From NCBI RefSeq assembly GCF_008065095.1, contig NZ_CP042911.1, positions 8,040,001 through 8,072,000 of the forward strand: DNA of 32,000 bases, given 5' to 3'. The position numbers were made by a program, and so were the translations under genes. Source of the stretch: Gemmata obscuriglobus (GTDB lineage Bacteria; Planctomycetota; Planctomycetia; Gemmatales; Gemmataceae). Each line of letters begins with the position of its first letter. Within the stretch, counting starts at the first letter, position 1. The notes under the pieces were generated by a model. That model saw only the letters and a program-made list of their open reading frames with translations. It ran no database searches and was not told the DNA's origin. This document shows positions 1 to 8,186 of the stretch, piece after piece.

Positions 1-329
1 GCGAGGCCGAACGCCCGCGACCCGAGCATCACGCGGTACACCACGAACGCCGACACGTCCGGCCCGGCGGTCGCCGTCGCCTCGACGCTGTGGTCCTTGC
101 GGCGCACGAGCAACTCGCCGAACTTCAGGCGGAAGGCCGCGCCGTCGAGGAACCGCACGAGGTACGGGCGGTCGTTGGACTCGGGCGCCTCGGCCACCTC
201 GCCCACCGTGCCGGCGAGCTTGGTCCGTTCCGTGCCGGGCACCCGGCGCTCGTACCGCAGCACCACCTGCGTCCCGACCGGGATGAGGAAGTTCGGCGGC
301 AGGTTGTCGGCCCGGTCGGATGCGAGCAT
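1..329 (-). CDS. Hypothetical protein, N-terminal ~109 codons only (gene runs off the window start); possibly an RlaP/pfam10127-like nucleotidyltransferase
   Basis: A reverse-strand ATG at 329-327 opens a GC3-rich frame with no in-window stop, so it is absent from the ORF track. Translation: MLASDRADNLPPNFLIPVGTQVVLRYERRVPGTERTKLAGTVGEVAEAPESNDRPYLVRFLDGAAFRLKFGELLVRRKDHSVEATATAGPDVSAFVVYRVMLGSRAFGL... The terminal 'VVYRVMLGSRAFGL' resembles the start of RlaP-type nucleotidyltransferase domains. That resemblance is from memory and unverified. Confidence 0.5.
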   Translation of the reverse strand, partial: MLASDRADNLPPNFLIPVGTQVVLRYERRVPGTERTKLAGTVGEVAEAPESNDRPYLVRFLDGAAFRLKFGELLVRRKDHSVEATATAGPDVSAFVVYRVMLGSRAFGL

Positions 330-408
330 GGGGCACCACGGCGAGTTACGGGAGCGAGGACGGACACGGCGCGCCCCGGCGAAGTTCGCCCCGCGCCCGC
401 CACACCGG

Positions 409-1251
409 CTACTGCGGCTGCTCCCTCTTGGCCTCGATTTCGAGCAGCTTCTTTTTGCGGTGCAGGCCGCCGGCGTAGCCGGTCAGCGTGCCGTTCGTGC
501 CGATCACCCGGTGGCACGGGACGATCACCGCGACCGGGTTGGTGGCGCACGCCCGCGCCACCGCCCGGCACGCGTCCGGGGCACCGATCGCTTCGGCCAC
601 CTGCTTGTAGCTCCGCGTCTCGCCGTAGGGGATCGCGAGCAGCGCGTCCCACACCCGGCGCTGGAACGCCGTAGCCCGCACGTCCAGCGGCAGGTCCAGG
701 TGCGGTTGCGCCCCCGCCAGGTGCTTTTGAAGCTCGCCGACCCACGGGGCGAGCGGCCCGTCGGCGCGCTCGAGTGCGGCCCTCGGGAACTCCGCGCGGA
801 GCGCCGCTTCGCCCGCCGCGTCGGTGTCGGCGAACCCGAGCCAGCAGATCCCTTTGTCCGTTGCCGCGAGAAATACCCGACCGAGCTCGCACTGCGCGGT
901 TGTGAAGCGAATCACCAGCGCGGCCCCCTTCTGGTACTGGCCGGGCGTCATCCCGAGCTGGCCCGCGGCGCGCTCGTACAGCCGGCTGCTGGAGCCGTAC
1001 CCGGCGGCGGTCATCGCGGTCGTCACCGTGTCACCTTCTTTGAGCTTCGATTTGAGGAGCTGGAGCCGGCACGCGTCCGCGAACCGGCGCGGGCTCAGCC
1101 CGACCACCCGCGTGAACACGCGCTGGAGGTGCGCGGGGCTCAGCCCGACCTGCTGGCCGAGCTGCGCGAGTGTGCGCGGCGAATCGAGGTTCGCCCGGAT
1201 GTAGTCGCACAGTTCGCCGATCAGCGACACCGTTTCCGCGGTCGTTGGCAT
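409..1251 (-). CDS. Ada-like bifunctional protein: AraC-type HTH regulator fused to methylated-DNA-[protein]-cysteine S-methyltransferase (O6-alkylguanine alkyltransferase)
   Basis: 280-aa ORF with ATG at 1251. The N-terminus carries an AraC-family HTH (LAQLGQQVGLSPAHLQRVFTRVVGLSPRRF...GYGSSSRLY). A middle MGMT N-domain-like segment follows (VIRFTTAQCELGRVFLAATDKGICWLGF). The C-terminus has the alkyltransferase active site PCHRV (NPVAVIVPCHRVIGTNGTLTGYAGG). There is no N-terminal Cys4 Zn methylphosphotriester domain. Confidence 0.9.
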   Translation of the reverse strand: MPTTAETVSLIGELCDYIRANLDSPRTLAQLGQQVGLSPAHLQRVFTRVVGLSPRRFADACRLQLLKSKLKEGDTVTTAMTAAGYGSSSRLYERAAGQLGMTPGQYQKGAALVIRFTTAQCELGRVFLAATDKGICWLGFADTDAAGEAALRAEFPRAALERADGPLAPWVGELQKHLAGAQPHLDLPLDVRATAFQRRVWDALLAIPYGETRSYKQVAEAIGAPDACRAVARACATNPVAVIVPCHRVIGTNGTLTGYAGGLHRKKKLLEIEAKREQPQ

Positions 1252-1320
1252 GGGGCCTCCGCGCTCACGATACGCGGAGGGGATCGGGGGCCGCTATCCG
1301 GTTCTTGCGCGGGCGGGCGA

Positions 1321-1364
1321 AAAGTATAAACGCAGCGGGGCGCACGGATGTCCGTGCGCCCCGC
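1321..1364 (-). terminator. Rho-independent terminator downstream of the beta-propeller gene
   Basis: A perfect GC-rich hairpin lies at 1335-1364 (GCGGGGCGCACGGA / TCCGTGCGCCCCGC), 17 nt after the stop at 1382-1384. On the minus strand it is followed by TGCGTTTATACTTTT. Confidence 0.7.
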
Positions 1365-1381
1365 TCGCGTTGACCGCCCGA

Positions 1382-3130
1382 TCAGTTCTTCTCGGGCTCT
1401 TTCTTCTCGGGCTCCTTCTTCGGCTCCGGCTCGCTCTTTGGCTCGCCGTCCTTGTTCAAGCCTTCCACCCCGCGGACCCGCTGGCGGCTCACTTCCGGCG
1501 CCGGCCACAGGTTGCGCATCGGTTTCGCGTACTTCGCGTTGGCGTCCCGGAGGCACACGATCAGCCCGTTGTTGGCCGCCAGGTAGACCCGGTCCGACGC
1601 GGTGTTCACCACGGGCACGTTGAACTCGCCGAAGTCGGCCGATCCAAGGGGCGCGGACCGATTGCTCGCAGCGTTCGTCGGGCGCTTGGCGTCGTATACC
1701 AGGAACCGGCCCTGGCGGTCGCGGACGTACACGAACTCCTCGTTCGCGCCGATCACGCGGTCGGCGCCGGCGTCGGACCGCCAGATGGTGTCGCCGGTGT
1801 CGCGGTTGAAGCACACCACCCCGCTGTTGTCGCCGGCGGCGTACACGCGGTCCTTCGAGACGAACGGGGCGTGGTTGTTCAGACCGCCGGTGGCGGCCCG
1901 CCACTTGACGTTGATGCCGCCCGCCAGGTTCCCGGTGGTGCCCGAGATGGCGACCAGGATGCCGTTGTCCAGGGGCACGTAGAGGGTGGTTCCCGCAGCG
2001 ACCGGGGCGGCCGGGATCGCGCTGCTGAACCGCTCCTTCACCTCGGTCACCACCTTTTCCTTGCTCAGCTCCTTACCGAACGCCATCACCGTGTTGTCGT
2101 CGGCGACGGCCCACGCGCGGGTCGGGGTGAGGAGGAGCGGGTACAGGATCCGGCTGGTGAGCCCGAACTCCCAGCGGAGCGGCGGCGGCGGCGCCTTGGG
2201 CCGCAGGTCGGCCAGCGCGAGCGACGCGGCCACCGATGGGGGGATCACGCCGATCGACGGGGTCTGCTGCACGTACTGCCCCGATTCGAGCCGCAGGGTG
2301 TACGGCGGGCGCAGGGACGGGATTACGTTGATCGCCGGGGTCGGCGAGCGGTTGTCGAGGTTGTACGGCGGGACGACGCTCGGTAGCACGCCGATCGCCG
2401 GGGTCCGGGAGCCGGTGACCCCGCCGACCGGGGCCGCCGCAGCGGCCGGACGGGCGGTGATCTCGGGGTACCGGCTGGTCGCGTGTGCGGTTCCGGACGT
2501 GGGGTACCGCTTCACCAGCTCGCCGAGCGGGCTGGGGGTGTCCTTTTTGGCCCCCTGCGCGAGCGCGTCGGCCGGCGCCTTGGTGGGATCGTTCACCGGG
2601 ATCGGGCGGAGCATGTCGTACACCGCGATCCGGTGCGCCCCGGCCGCGCCCGGGCGCATCCCGAGGACGCAGTACACCGACTCGTCGTCGGCCGCCAGGC
2701 CCGTCGTGGTCGGGGTGCCGAGTTCGTGAACGAACTCGGTGACCCCGGTGTACCGGTAGAACGCGTACAGCCGGGTGAGGTGCGCGCAGAACACGTACTG
2801 CGAGTTCACCGCCACCGGGTACGCGTTCCCGTACACCCCGTTCCCCAGCTTGGCGGCCCACTGGATGCGGCCCGTCAGCGTGTCCACCGCGACCAGCATC
2901 CCGCTCCGGGTCTGGACGAACATTTGGTCGTCGAAGGTCTGCACCTGAGCGACGGCGTCTTTCGTGCCCTCGACCGGGAGCACGAGGGACCATTCGGTGC
3001 GTAAGTTGAGCCGCTCGAGTGCCGCGGTGTCCGGGGGCACGGCCTTCGATGCCGTGCCGATCGGTTGGGCCGGGGCGAGGGCGGCGAGCGCCAGAACGAG
3101 GCCGGCGACCGCGCCGGAACGATGCCACAT
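1382..3130 (-). CDS. Secreted PQQ-like (BamB-type) beta-propeller repeat protein with a Pro-rich repeat insertion and a K/E/P-rich C-terminal tail
   Basis: The ORF track gives 1382..3175. I prefer the ATG at 3130 because it yields a signal peptide (MWHRSGAVAGLVLALAALAPAQP) and is preceded by GGAG 8 nt upstream. Repeated blade motifs are typical of PQQ-like propellers (VYAAGDNSGVVCFNRDTGDTIWR; VYLAANNGLIVCLRD; YVFCAHLTRLYAF; MLVAVDTLTGRIQW). The C-terminal tail is KDGEPKSEPEPKKEPEKKEPEKN. Confidence 0.85.
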   Translation of the reverse strand: MWHRSGAVAGLVLALAALAPAQPIGTASKAVPPDTAALERLNLRTEWSLVLPVEGTKDAVAQVQTFDDQMFVQTRSGMLVAVDTLTGRIQWAAKLGNGVYGNAYPVAVNSQYVFCAHLTRLYAFYRYTGVTEFVHELGTPTTTGLAADDESVYCVLGMRPGAAGAHRIAVYDMLRPIPVNDPTKAPADALAQGAKKDTPSPLGELVKRYPTSGTAHATSRYPEITARPAAAAAPVGGVTGSRTPAIGVLPSVVPPYNLDNRSPTPAINVIPSLRPPYTLRLESGQYVQQTPSIGVIPPSVAASLALADLRPKAPPPPLRWEFGLTSRILYPLLLTPTRAWAVADDNTVMAFGKELSKEKVVTEVKERFSSAIPAAPVAAGTTLYVPLDNGILVAISGTTGNLAGGINVKWRAATGGLNNHAPFVSKDRVYAAGDNSGVVCFNRDTGDTIWRSDAGADRVIGANEEFVYVRDRQGRFLVYDAKRPTNAASNRSAPLGSADFGEFNVPVVNTASDRVYLAANNGLIVCLRDANAKYAKPMRNLWPAPEVSRQRVRGVEGLNKDGEPKSEPEPKKEPEKKEPEKN

Positions 3131-3276
3131 AGGTGCGACTCCAGAGCGAAGCCGGGCGCGAAACGTTCCGTTCACTTTACCACGGCCGCGCCGGCTGTGC
3201 GAGGTGCGAACCGCGTAGCGAACGTGCGAAGACGGCGGCGGCCGTGTCGGTGGCGCCGGTTGTGCGGCCGGCGCGA

Positions 3277-3780
3277 CTACTTCTTACCCATCTCCCGCTT
3301 GCGGCGGAAAAAATCAGTGAGTGCCGCGGCGCACCGGTCCGCGAGCACGCCCCCGACGACCTGCGCGCGGTGGTTGAGGCGCGGGTCGCTCGCGATCTGG
3401 AACAGCGTGTGGCATGCCCCGGCCTTCGGATCGGTACAACCGTAAACGACCATCGGCACGCGCGCCTGGACGATCCCCCCGGCGCACATCGGGCACGGCT
3501 CGAGGGTGACGTACAGGATGCACTTCTCCAGCCGCCAGGACTTGAGGGCGGTCGCGGCCTGGGTGATGGCGATCATCTCGGCGTGAGCGGTCGGGTCGTT
3601 GAGCCGCTCGCGCATGTTGTGCGCCTGGCCGATCACGCCCAGTTCCGGGTGGACGATCAGCGCCCCGACCGGCACCTCGTCCTCGCTCGCCGCGACCGCC
3701 GCCTCGTCGAGCGCCATCTCCATGTGATGAACGTGGAACGGGTGCGCCGGGTCGGTGAACGCGAGGTCGAACGGGTTCAT
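3277..3780 (-). CDS. tadA: tRNA-specific adenosine deaminase
   Basis: The CDA-fold zinc motifs HAE ([13 protein letters not shown]) and PCxxC ([12 protein letters not shown]) are present, and length and context are typical of TadA. The start is set at ATG 3780 ([11 protein letters not shown]...). The track ORF start at 3963 runs through an AT-rich palindromic repeat and is rejected. Confidence 0.9.
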   Translation of the reverse strand: MNPFDLAFTDPAHPFHVHHMEMALDEAAVAASEDEVPVGALIVHPELGVIGQAHNMRERLNDPTAHAEMIAITQAATALKSWRLEKCILYVTLEPCPMCAGGIVQARVPMVVYGCTDPKAGACHTLFQIASDPRLNHRAQVVGGVLADRCAAALTDFFRRKREMGKK

Positions 3781-3808
3781 GCCGTTAGTGTAGCTGCAAA
3801 CGCGGCAT

Positions 3809-3973
3809 GAGGATTGGCCACAAAAAGAAGCAGAAGAGGATTGGCCACAAAAAAGCACAAAGGGCACAAAAGCAAACCGAAGACAAAGAGAAGCACTTTT
3901 AAACTCACTTCTCTGTCTTCGTCTGTGGTTCCTTTTGTGCCCTTTGTGCTTTTTTGTGGCCAATCCTCTTCTG
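3809..3973. repeat. AT-rich long palindromic intergenic element (REP/MITE-like), likely also a terminator or mRNA-stabilising hairpin for the upstream gene
   Basis: Positions 3831-3973 form a near-perfect ~143-nt palindrome. The arms are CAGAAGAGGATTGGCCACAAAAAAGCACAAAGGGCACAAAAG...CGAAGACAAAGAGAAG and CTTCTCTGTCTTCG...CTTTTGTGCCCTTTGTGCTTTTTTGTGGCCAATCCTCTTCTG, with a ~14-nt loop around 3894-3907. The outer part of the left arm is directly duplicated (GAGGATTGGCCACAAAAAG at 3809-3827 and 3836-3855). The element starts 14 nt after the stop of the 3988..6150 gene. On the minus strand it is followed by CTTCTTTTTG. Confidence 0.85.
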
Positions 3974-3987
3974 CCTTGGCAACCCGC

Positions 3988-6150
3988 CTACTTCGCCAGT
4001 TCGTTGAGCGTGTAGTACGCCTCGGCGTGGAGCAGCGGGCGGCCGTCGCGGCTCTTGATGTCGTCGGCCCGGATCGCGAACACGCGGCCCTTCTTCAGCC
4101 CCGACACCGGCACCGTCAGTGTCTTCCCATCCTTTGAAAGCGTCGCCGCGCCGACCGTTTCGGCGCGGAGGTCGACCTCGGGGCCGCCGTAGTTGCTCAG
4201 GTACTGGTACGTGTACGAACTCACCGTGACGGACTTCTCAAGCGTCGCCGGGTCAACGGGCGTCGTGAAGGTCAGCGCGAAGCCGTCACGGGTCAGGCCG
4301 ATGTGGTGGATCTCGAACGGCTCGGTCCCGGTGTACACCACACGTTGCAGCCCGTAAGGCTTGCCGCCGAGCGACCCCCACCCGCGGTTCGTCTGGCCCG
4401 CGAACAGGCTGCCCCCGTCCGGGCTGAAGGCGATCCGGTTCACCCCGCACTGCAACCCGGCGCGGAACGGGAAGCACGCGCCCTGGTACACGCCGTTCAC
4501 CCGCTCCAGCGCCACTCGCATCACGACCGCGTTGGTCTGGTCGCCGACGAAGCACTGCCCCGCGAACGGGCCGAATTTGCCGCCGGTGGTGTCCCACACC
4601 GGTTCCGTCACCGACTTCCCCATCCGGCCGTAGGGGAACCAGATGCACGGCGGGTCGAGGTCCGGGTACACCGGGACCGGCCGCACCCAGGGGAGCGTGC
4701 GCCCCAGGTCGTTCCACTTCTTGAGCGCGGGCTGCGTGCCGTCGTACCACATCCCGCTCGCCACCGTCTCGGGCACCTTCCCGGCGAACGGCGAGTCCTT
4801 CACCCACCGCAGCCCCGCCTGGTGGCCGTAGAACTTGCCCTGCTTCAGGTGGTGCATCTTGTTCGTGACCACCCACTCGCCCTGGTTGTCGCAGTAGAAA
4901 AGCTCGCCGTCCGGTGCGAAGTTGATGCCGTTCGGCGAGCGCAGCCCGTAGGCGAACGGTTCCATCTTGCCGTCCGGCGACACCTTGACGCACCACCCGC
5001 GCCACGGGGCCTTCGCCTGGTGCCCGCCGCCGAACCCGACGTTCAGGGTGATGAAGAAGTTGCCCTGCTTGTCCCGCGCCGGGCCGAACGCGTACTCGTG
5101 GTAGTCGCCGCTCACGCCCCACTTGTCGCACACGGTCTGGAACTGGTCGGCCTTATCGTCGCCGTCTGTGTCGGTGAGTTTGGTGAGCTCCGGGCGCTGG
5201 ATCACGTACACCGCGCTGTTCGCCTCGACGTACAGCCCGAGCGCCTCGTGCATTCCGGAGGCGTATTTGGTCATCTTGACGTCGGCGGGGTTGTCGGCGG
5301 TCGGGTTGTGGATCAGCCAGATTTCGCCGCGGCGCGTGCAGGCGAGCAGCTTGCCGTCCGGCCGGAACGCCAGCCCGCCGACTTCAAGAACGCAGTCGGC
5401 CGGGAGGGGGATCGTAACGACCCTGTAGTGCAACTCCTCGCCCTTTGCGGCGGCGACCGCGGCTTCGCCCTTCGGCGGGAAGTCCCGGTCCAGCCGTTTG
5501 CGGACGGTCGCGGGAACGATCTCGGGCAGTTCCGGGTTCGCGTACACGGCCCACTCGCCGGCTTCCTGGCACACCTTGATGAGGATCTCGTTGGCCCCCT
5601 CCTTGATGTCGGCGACCGCACTGTCCTGGTCCGCGGCGGCCGCGCGGGTGTGCTGCTCGTGCAGGATTCGTTTTCCGTTCACGAACACGCTGATGTAGTC
5701 GTCGCTGCCGAAAGAGAGTGGGAGCTTGAAGGCCCGGGGCGACTCGAACGTGTGATGGAGGTACACGACCGCGTTGGCGCGCACGTCCGGGAAGAGCTTT
5801 TGCAGGTTCACGACCCGCCCGAGCTGGAAACCGGTGTACTCCTTCCAGGTCACCTTCGCCCCGCTCTTACCGGCGTAGGCGGCCTTCAGATCGACCTTTT
5901 TCTCGGGCGGGTAGGCGAAGTCGAACCCGGCCTTATCGGTGTTGTCGAACGGCCCCGCGTAATACCACTTACCTTCGAGATTGGGGAGCCCGTACGATTT
6001 GAGCGTGGCCCGCGCACTGTCGGCGCGGTTGCCCTTGTTGACGTACTCCCCGTCCAGGGGCTTTTCCTTCGGCGGTTGTGCGCCCGTGAGCGGTACGAAG
6101 GCAAGACCGGCGGCCAGCGCCACCGTGAGGAGCGCGGACAGGGAGTTCAT
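3988..6150 (-). CDS. Secreted protein: N-terminal jelly-roll (galactose-binding-like) domain, an SGL / soluble-quinoprotein-dehydrogenase-like beta-propeller ('membrane-bound dehydrogenase domain' type), and a C-terminal beta-sandwich
   Basis: 720-aa ORF with ATG at 6150 and signal peptide MNSLSALLTVALAAGLAFVPLTGAQP. The propeller segment carries the characteristic LTDTDGDDKADQF motif and LRSPNGINFAPDGELFYCDNQGEW-type blades. No CxxCH heme motif was seen. The family assignment is from memory of planctomycete 'putative dehydrogenase domain' proteins. Confidence 0.8.
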   Translation of the reverse strand: MNSLSALLTVALAAGLAFVPLTGAQPPKEKPLDGEYVNKGNRADSARATLKSYGLPNLEGKWYYAGPFDNTDKAGFDFAYPPEKKVDLKAAYAGKSGAKVTWKEYTGFQLGRVVNLQKLFPDVRANAVVYLHHTFESPRAFKLPLSFGSDDYISVFVNGKRILHEQHTRAAAADQDSAVADIKEGANEILIKVCQEAGEWAVYANPELPEIVPATVRKRLDRDFPPKGEAAVAAAKGEELHYRVVTIPLPADCVLEVGGLAFRPDGKLLACTRRGEIWLIHNPTADNPADVKMTKYASGMHEALGLYVEANSAVYVIQRPELTKLTDTDGDDKADQFQTVCDKWGVSGDYHEYAFGPARDKQGNFFITLNVGFGGGHQAKAPWRGWCVKVSPDGKMEPFAYGLRSPNGINFAPDGELFYCDNQGEWVVTNKMHHLKQGKFYGHQAGLRWVKDSPFAGKVPETVASGMWYDGTQPALKKWNDLGRTLPWVRPVPVYPDLDPPCIWFPYGRMGKSVTEPVWDTTGGKFGPFAGQCFVGDQTNAVVMRVALERVNGVYQGACFPFRAGLQCGVNRIAFSPDGGSLFAGQTNRGWGSLGGKPYGLQRVVYTGTEPFEIHHIGLTRDGFALTFTTPVDPATLEKSVTVSSYTYQYLSNYGGPEVDLRAETVGAATLSKDGKTLTVPVSGLKKGRVFAIRADDIKSRDGRPLLHAEAYYTLNELAK

Positions 6151-6208
6151 CGGCGACTCCGAAAGACTGAGTGGAAGCGGTTGGCAGGATGAAGACGAGT
6201 GTACCCGC

Positions 6209-6931
6209 TCAGAACCGGGCCCACAACCGCGCGAACTCGGCCGCGAACGCGGCGACCAGCGCGGCGTCGGCCGTGTCCACGATGTTCTCGTAGTTGAGGT
6301 CCGCGGCGCCGCGGGTCCAGTTGTAGCTGCCGTTGATGAGCCGCACGCCGTCGAAGACGGCGAACTTGTGGTGCATGTGTCCGTTGAGCCCGGCGTCCGC
6401 GGGGCCGTGCATGTCGTCGGTTTTCACTGGGATGCCGGCCTCACGGAACTTCTGGACGTCCGACCCGGCGTCGTGCTGCTTCTCGTTGTCGGTGATGATC
6501 CGCACGGCCACCTTGCGCCGGTGCGCGTCGAGGATCGCGCGGGAGATGCGGTCGTCGGTGACGGTGAACACGCACACGTCGGCGGTGCGGCGGCACTGGT
6601 TGAACCGCGCAACGATTTGCTGAAGGCACCGCTCGCCGGGCGCGAAGTACGCTTCGTCGCCGGCGGCTGCGGCGGGCGAGGCGCCTCCCGGCGGTTGCAC
6701 CGGGGCGATCACCTTCATGATGTCTTCGAGCCACTCGATGAGTTCGCTCGCCGCCGGGTCCGCGACGGCCGCGCGGGCCACCTCGAACGCGGTGTGCCGG
6801 ACCAGCCCGCGGTGCTGGTCGGACTTCACGTTTTTGGCGAGCCAGTCGGCGAGCGCGGACTTCTCGCCGCCGGAGAGCTTGCGGTCCGCGAGTGACTGCG
6901 TGAGGAAGCGGGTGAGGTCGTCGGGGTTCAT
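6209..6931 (-). CDS. Phospholipase D / Nuc-like single-HKD domain protein with an unassigned ~95-aa N-terminal domain
   Basis: An HKD motif is present (GHMHHKFAVFDGVRLINGSYNWTRGAADLNYEN), preceded by Nuc-like core strands (VCVFTVTDDRISRAILDAHRRKVAVRIITD...FREAGIPVK). The start is set at ATG 6931 (MNPDDLTRF...). Codons 6932-7024 of the track ORF are rich in A/T-ending codons, which is atypical for this genome, so I treat them as non-coding. Confidence 0.8.
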   Translation of the reverse strand: MNPDDLTRFLTQSLADRKLSGGEKSALADWLAKNVKSDQHRGLVRHTAFEVARAAVADPAASELIEWLEDIMKVIAPVQPPGGASPAAAAGDEAYFAPGERCLQQIVARFNQCRRTADVCVFTVTDDRISRAILDAHRRKVAVRIITDNEKQHDAGSDVQKFREAGIPVKTDDMHGPADAGLNGHMHHKFAVFDGVRLINGSYNWTRGAADLNYENIVDTADAALVAAFAAEFARLWARF

Positions 6932-7157
6932 GTGAGGTGTTGTAGCTACTCGGCCTGCGAAGCCCCACGCGCGATAGAAGCGGCTACCACATCCGCTTGG
7001 GAGAGGAGCGTGTGGTCCGTTCATGGCTTCGCCTTAAACGTCGGTGCCATTGGGCCAAAGGGACGCGATTCGCTGAGAAAAACACGTACTTCTCCCGGAG
7101 TATGCTCACTCGGTAACGGCTTCCAAGATGCTAAAGGGGGACGGTCGCCAGAGGGCC

Positions 7158-7196
7158 GAAGAGGGGTGGCCGCAAAAAAGCACATAAGGGGTGTGG
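7158..7196. repeat. Solo half-copy related to the 3831-3973 palindromic element
   Basis: GAAGAGGGGTGGCCGCAAAAAAGCACATAAGGGGTGTGG compared with GAAGAGGATTGGCCACAAAAAAGCACAAAGGGCACAAAAG at 3833-3872 is roughly 80% identical by eye. It has no partner arm nearby. Confidence 0.55.
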
Positions 7197-7265
7197 TCCC
7201 GTTACTGCGCTGTTTACACGGCCAATTGCATGGGGGGGTGGGGTTTCGGGTCGGGAGTCTAGATC

Positions 7266-7292
7266 TGGAGTTCCCCACGGAAAGTGGACAGC
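7266..7292. repeat. IS3-family terminal inverted repeat (orfB-proximal end)
   Basis: See the mobile element entry. It pairs with 8483-8509, and weaker similarity (AGCGGTG) extends about 10 nt further inward. Confidence 0.85.
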
Positions 7293-7294
7293 TT

Positions 7295-8186
7295 TTAGCG
7301 GTGGGTTGGGTTATGCGTTCGTTCGTACTCGTCTGGGGCAACGTAGTCCAGAGCGGAGTGCCGTCGGACCCGGTTGTAGAACGTCTCGATGTACTCGAAG
7401 ATGCTCGCCTTGGCCTGCTCGCGGGTGGCGTAGTCCTCGTGGTGAACGAACTCCTTCTTCAGGCTGGCGAAGAACGATTCCATCGGCGCGTTGTCCCAGC
7501 ACTGCCCGACCCCGCTCACGCTGCACACGATCCGCTCCTCTCGGAGCCGCCGCGGGTCATGTTCGCTCGCGTACGGGCTCCCGCGATCCGAATGCGCCAC
7601 CAGAGCTGAACGCGAAGACCCCTTGAGACGAGCGCCCAGAGCCATCTCCAGGGCATCCACCACCAACCGGCTGGTCGTCGTCCCGTCCATCGACCAACCG
7701 ATCACGCGGCGGCTGAACAGGTCTCCCACGGCCGCCAGGTACAGCCACCCCTCGCGGGTTGGGATGTACGTGATGCCCGCACACCCGCGGGCGTTCGGCT
7801 GGTCTGGGTCGAACGCCCGAGCCAACACGTTCGGGGCCACCGGGTGTGCGTGATTCGAGTCCGTGGTCTGGCGGAATTTCCGCTTGGTTCTTGCGGCGAT
7901 TCCGGCCTCACGCATGACTCGGGCCACGACGTTCACGCGGCACGCGTGCCCGCTCGCCACCAGTTCGGCGTGGATGCGTGGGCTGCCGTACCGGGCCTTC
8001 ACCTCTTCGGTCAACTCCTCGTGTCGAACCTCGGCGGCACGGGGCTCCCGCGACCGCCACGCGTACAATCCGGACCGCGACACCCCCAGCACCCGGCACA
8101 TCCGCACGATCGGCCACTCGGCCTTGCGTACCTCGATCCAGGCGAACGTCAGTTCGTCTGGATCGAGGGACGCCGACGCATTTTGA
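7295..8186 (-). CDS. IS3-family transposase OrfB (rve integrase core), expressed by -1 frameshift from orfA; possibly catalytically inactive
   Basis: The -1 frame reads ...NASASLDPDELTFAWIEVRKAEWPIVRMCRVLGVSRSGLYAW...ITYIPTREGWLYLAAVGDLFSRRVIGWSM...VAHSDRGSPYAS...CWDNAPMESFFASLKKE...FYNRVRRHSALDY. The second D (HSDRG) and the E (MESFF) of the DDE triad are present. The conserved W-x-x-D-ITY is replaced by G-C-A-G-ITY (see findings). The track ORF 7295..8314 includes a non-functional 5' overlap. Confidence 0.8.

Noticed and set aside
3781-4137. The 5' extension of the tadA ORF to 3963 and the plus-strand ORF 3814..4137 ([10 protein letters not shown]... / [19 protein letters not shown]...)
   Set aside because: Both are read out of the AT-rich palindromic repeat. 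The two strands give mirror-image Lys/His-rich peptides simply because the DNA is palindromic.
4303-6192. 629-aa ORF antisense to the propeller/dehydrogenase-domain gene
   Set aside because: It has shadow-ORF composition (Arg/Val/His/Gly-rich). The minus-strand product has a signal peptide and recognisable propeller motifs.
6932-7024. N-terminal 31 codons of the track ORF 6209..7024
   Set aside because: The stretch is dominated by A/T-ending codons (GGA, CCA, GCT, TGT, GGT, TAT, GTA, ACA...), unlike the rest of the gene. The internal ATG at 6931 starts a sensible domain.
7021-7341. 106-aa minus-strand ORF spanning the IS left end
   Set aside because: It crosses the IS boundary and the repeat half-site, has no motif and has poor codon usage.
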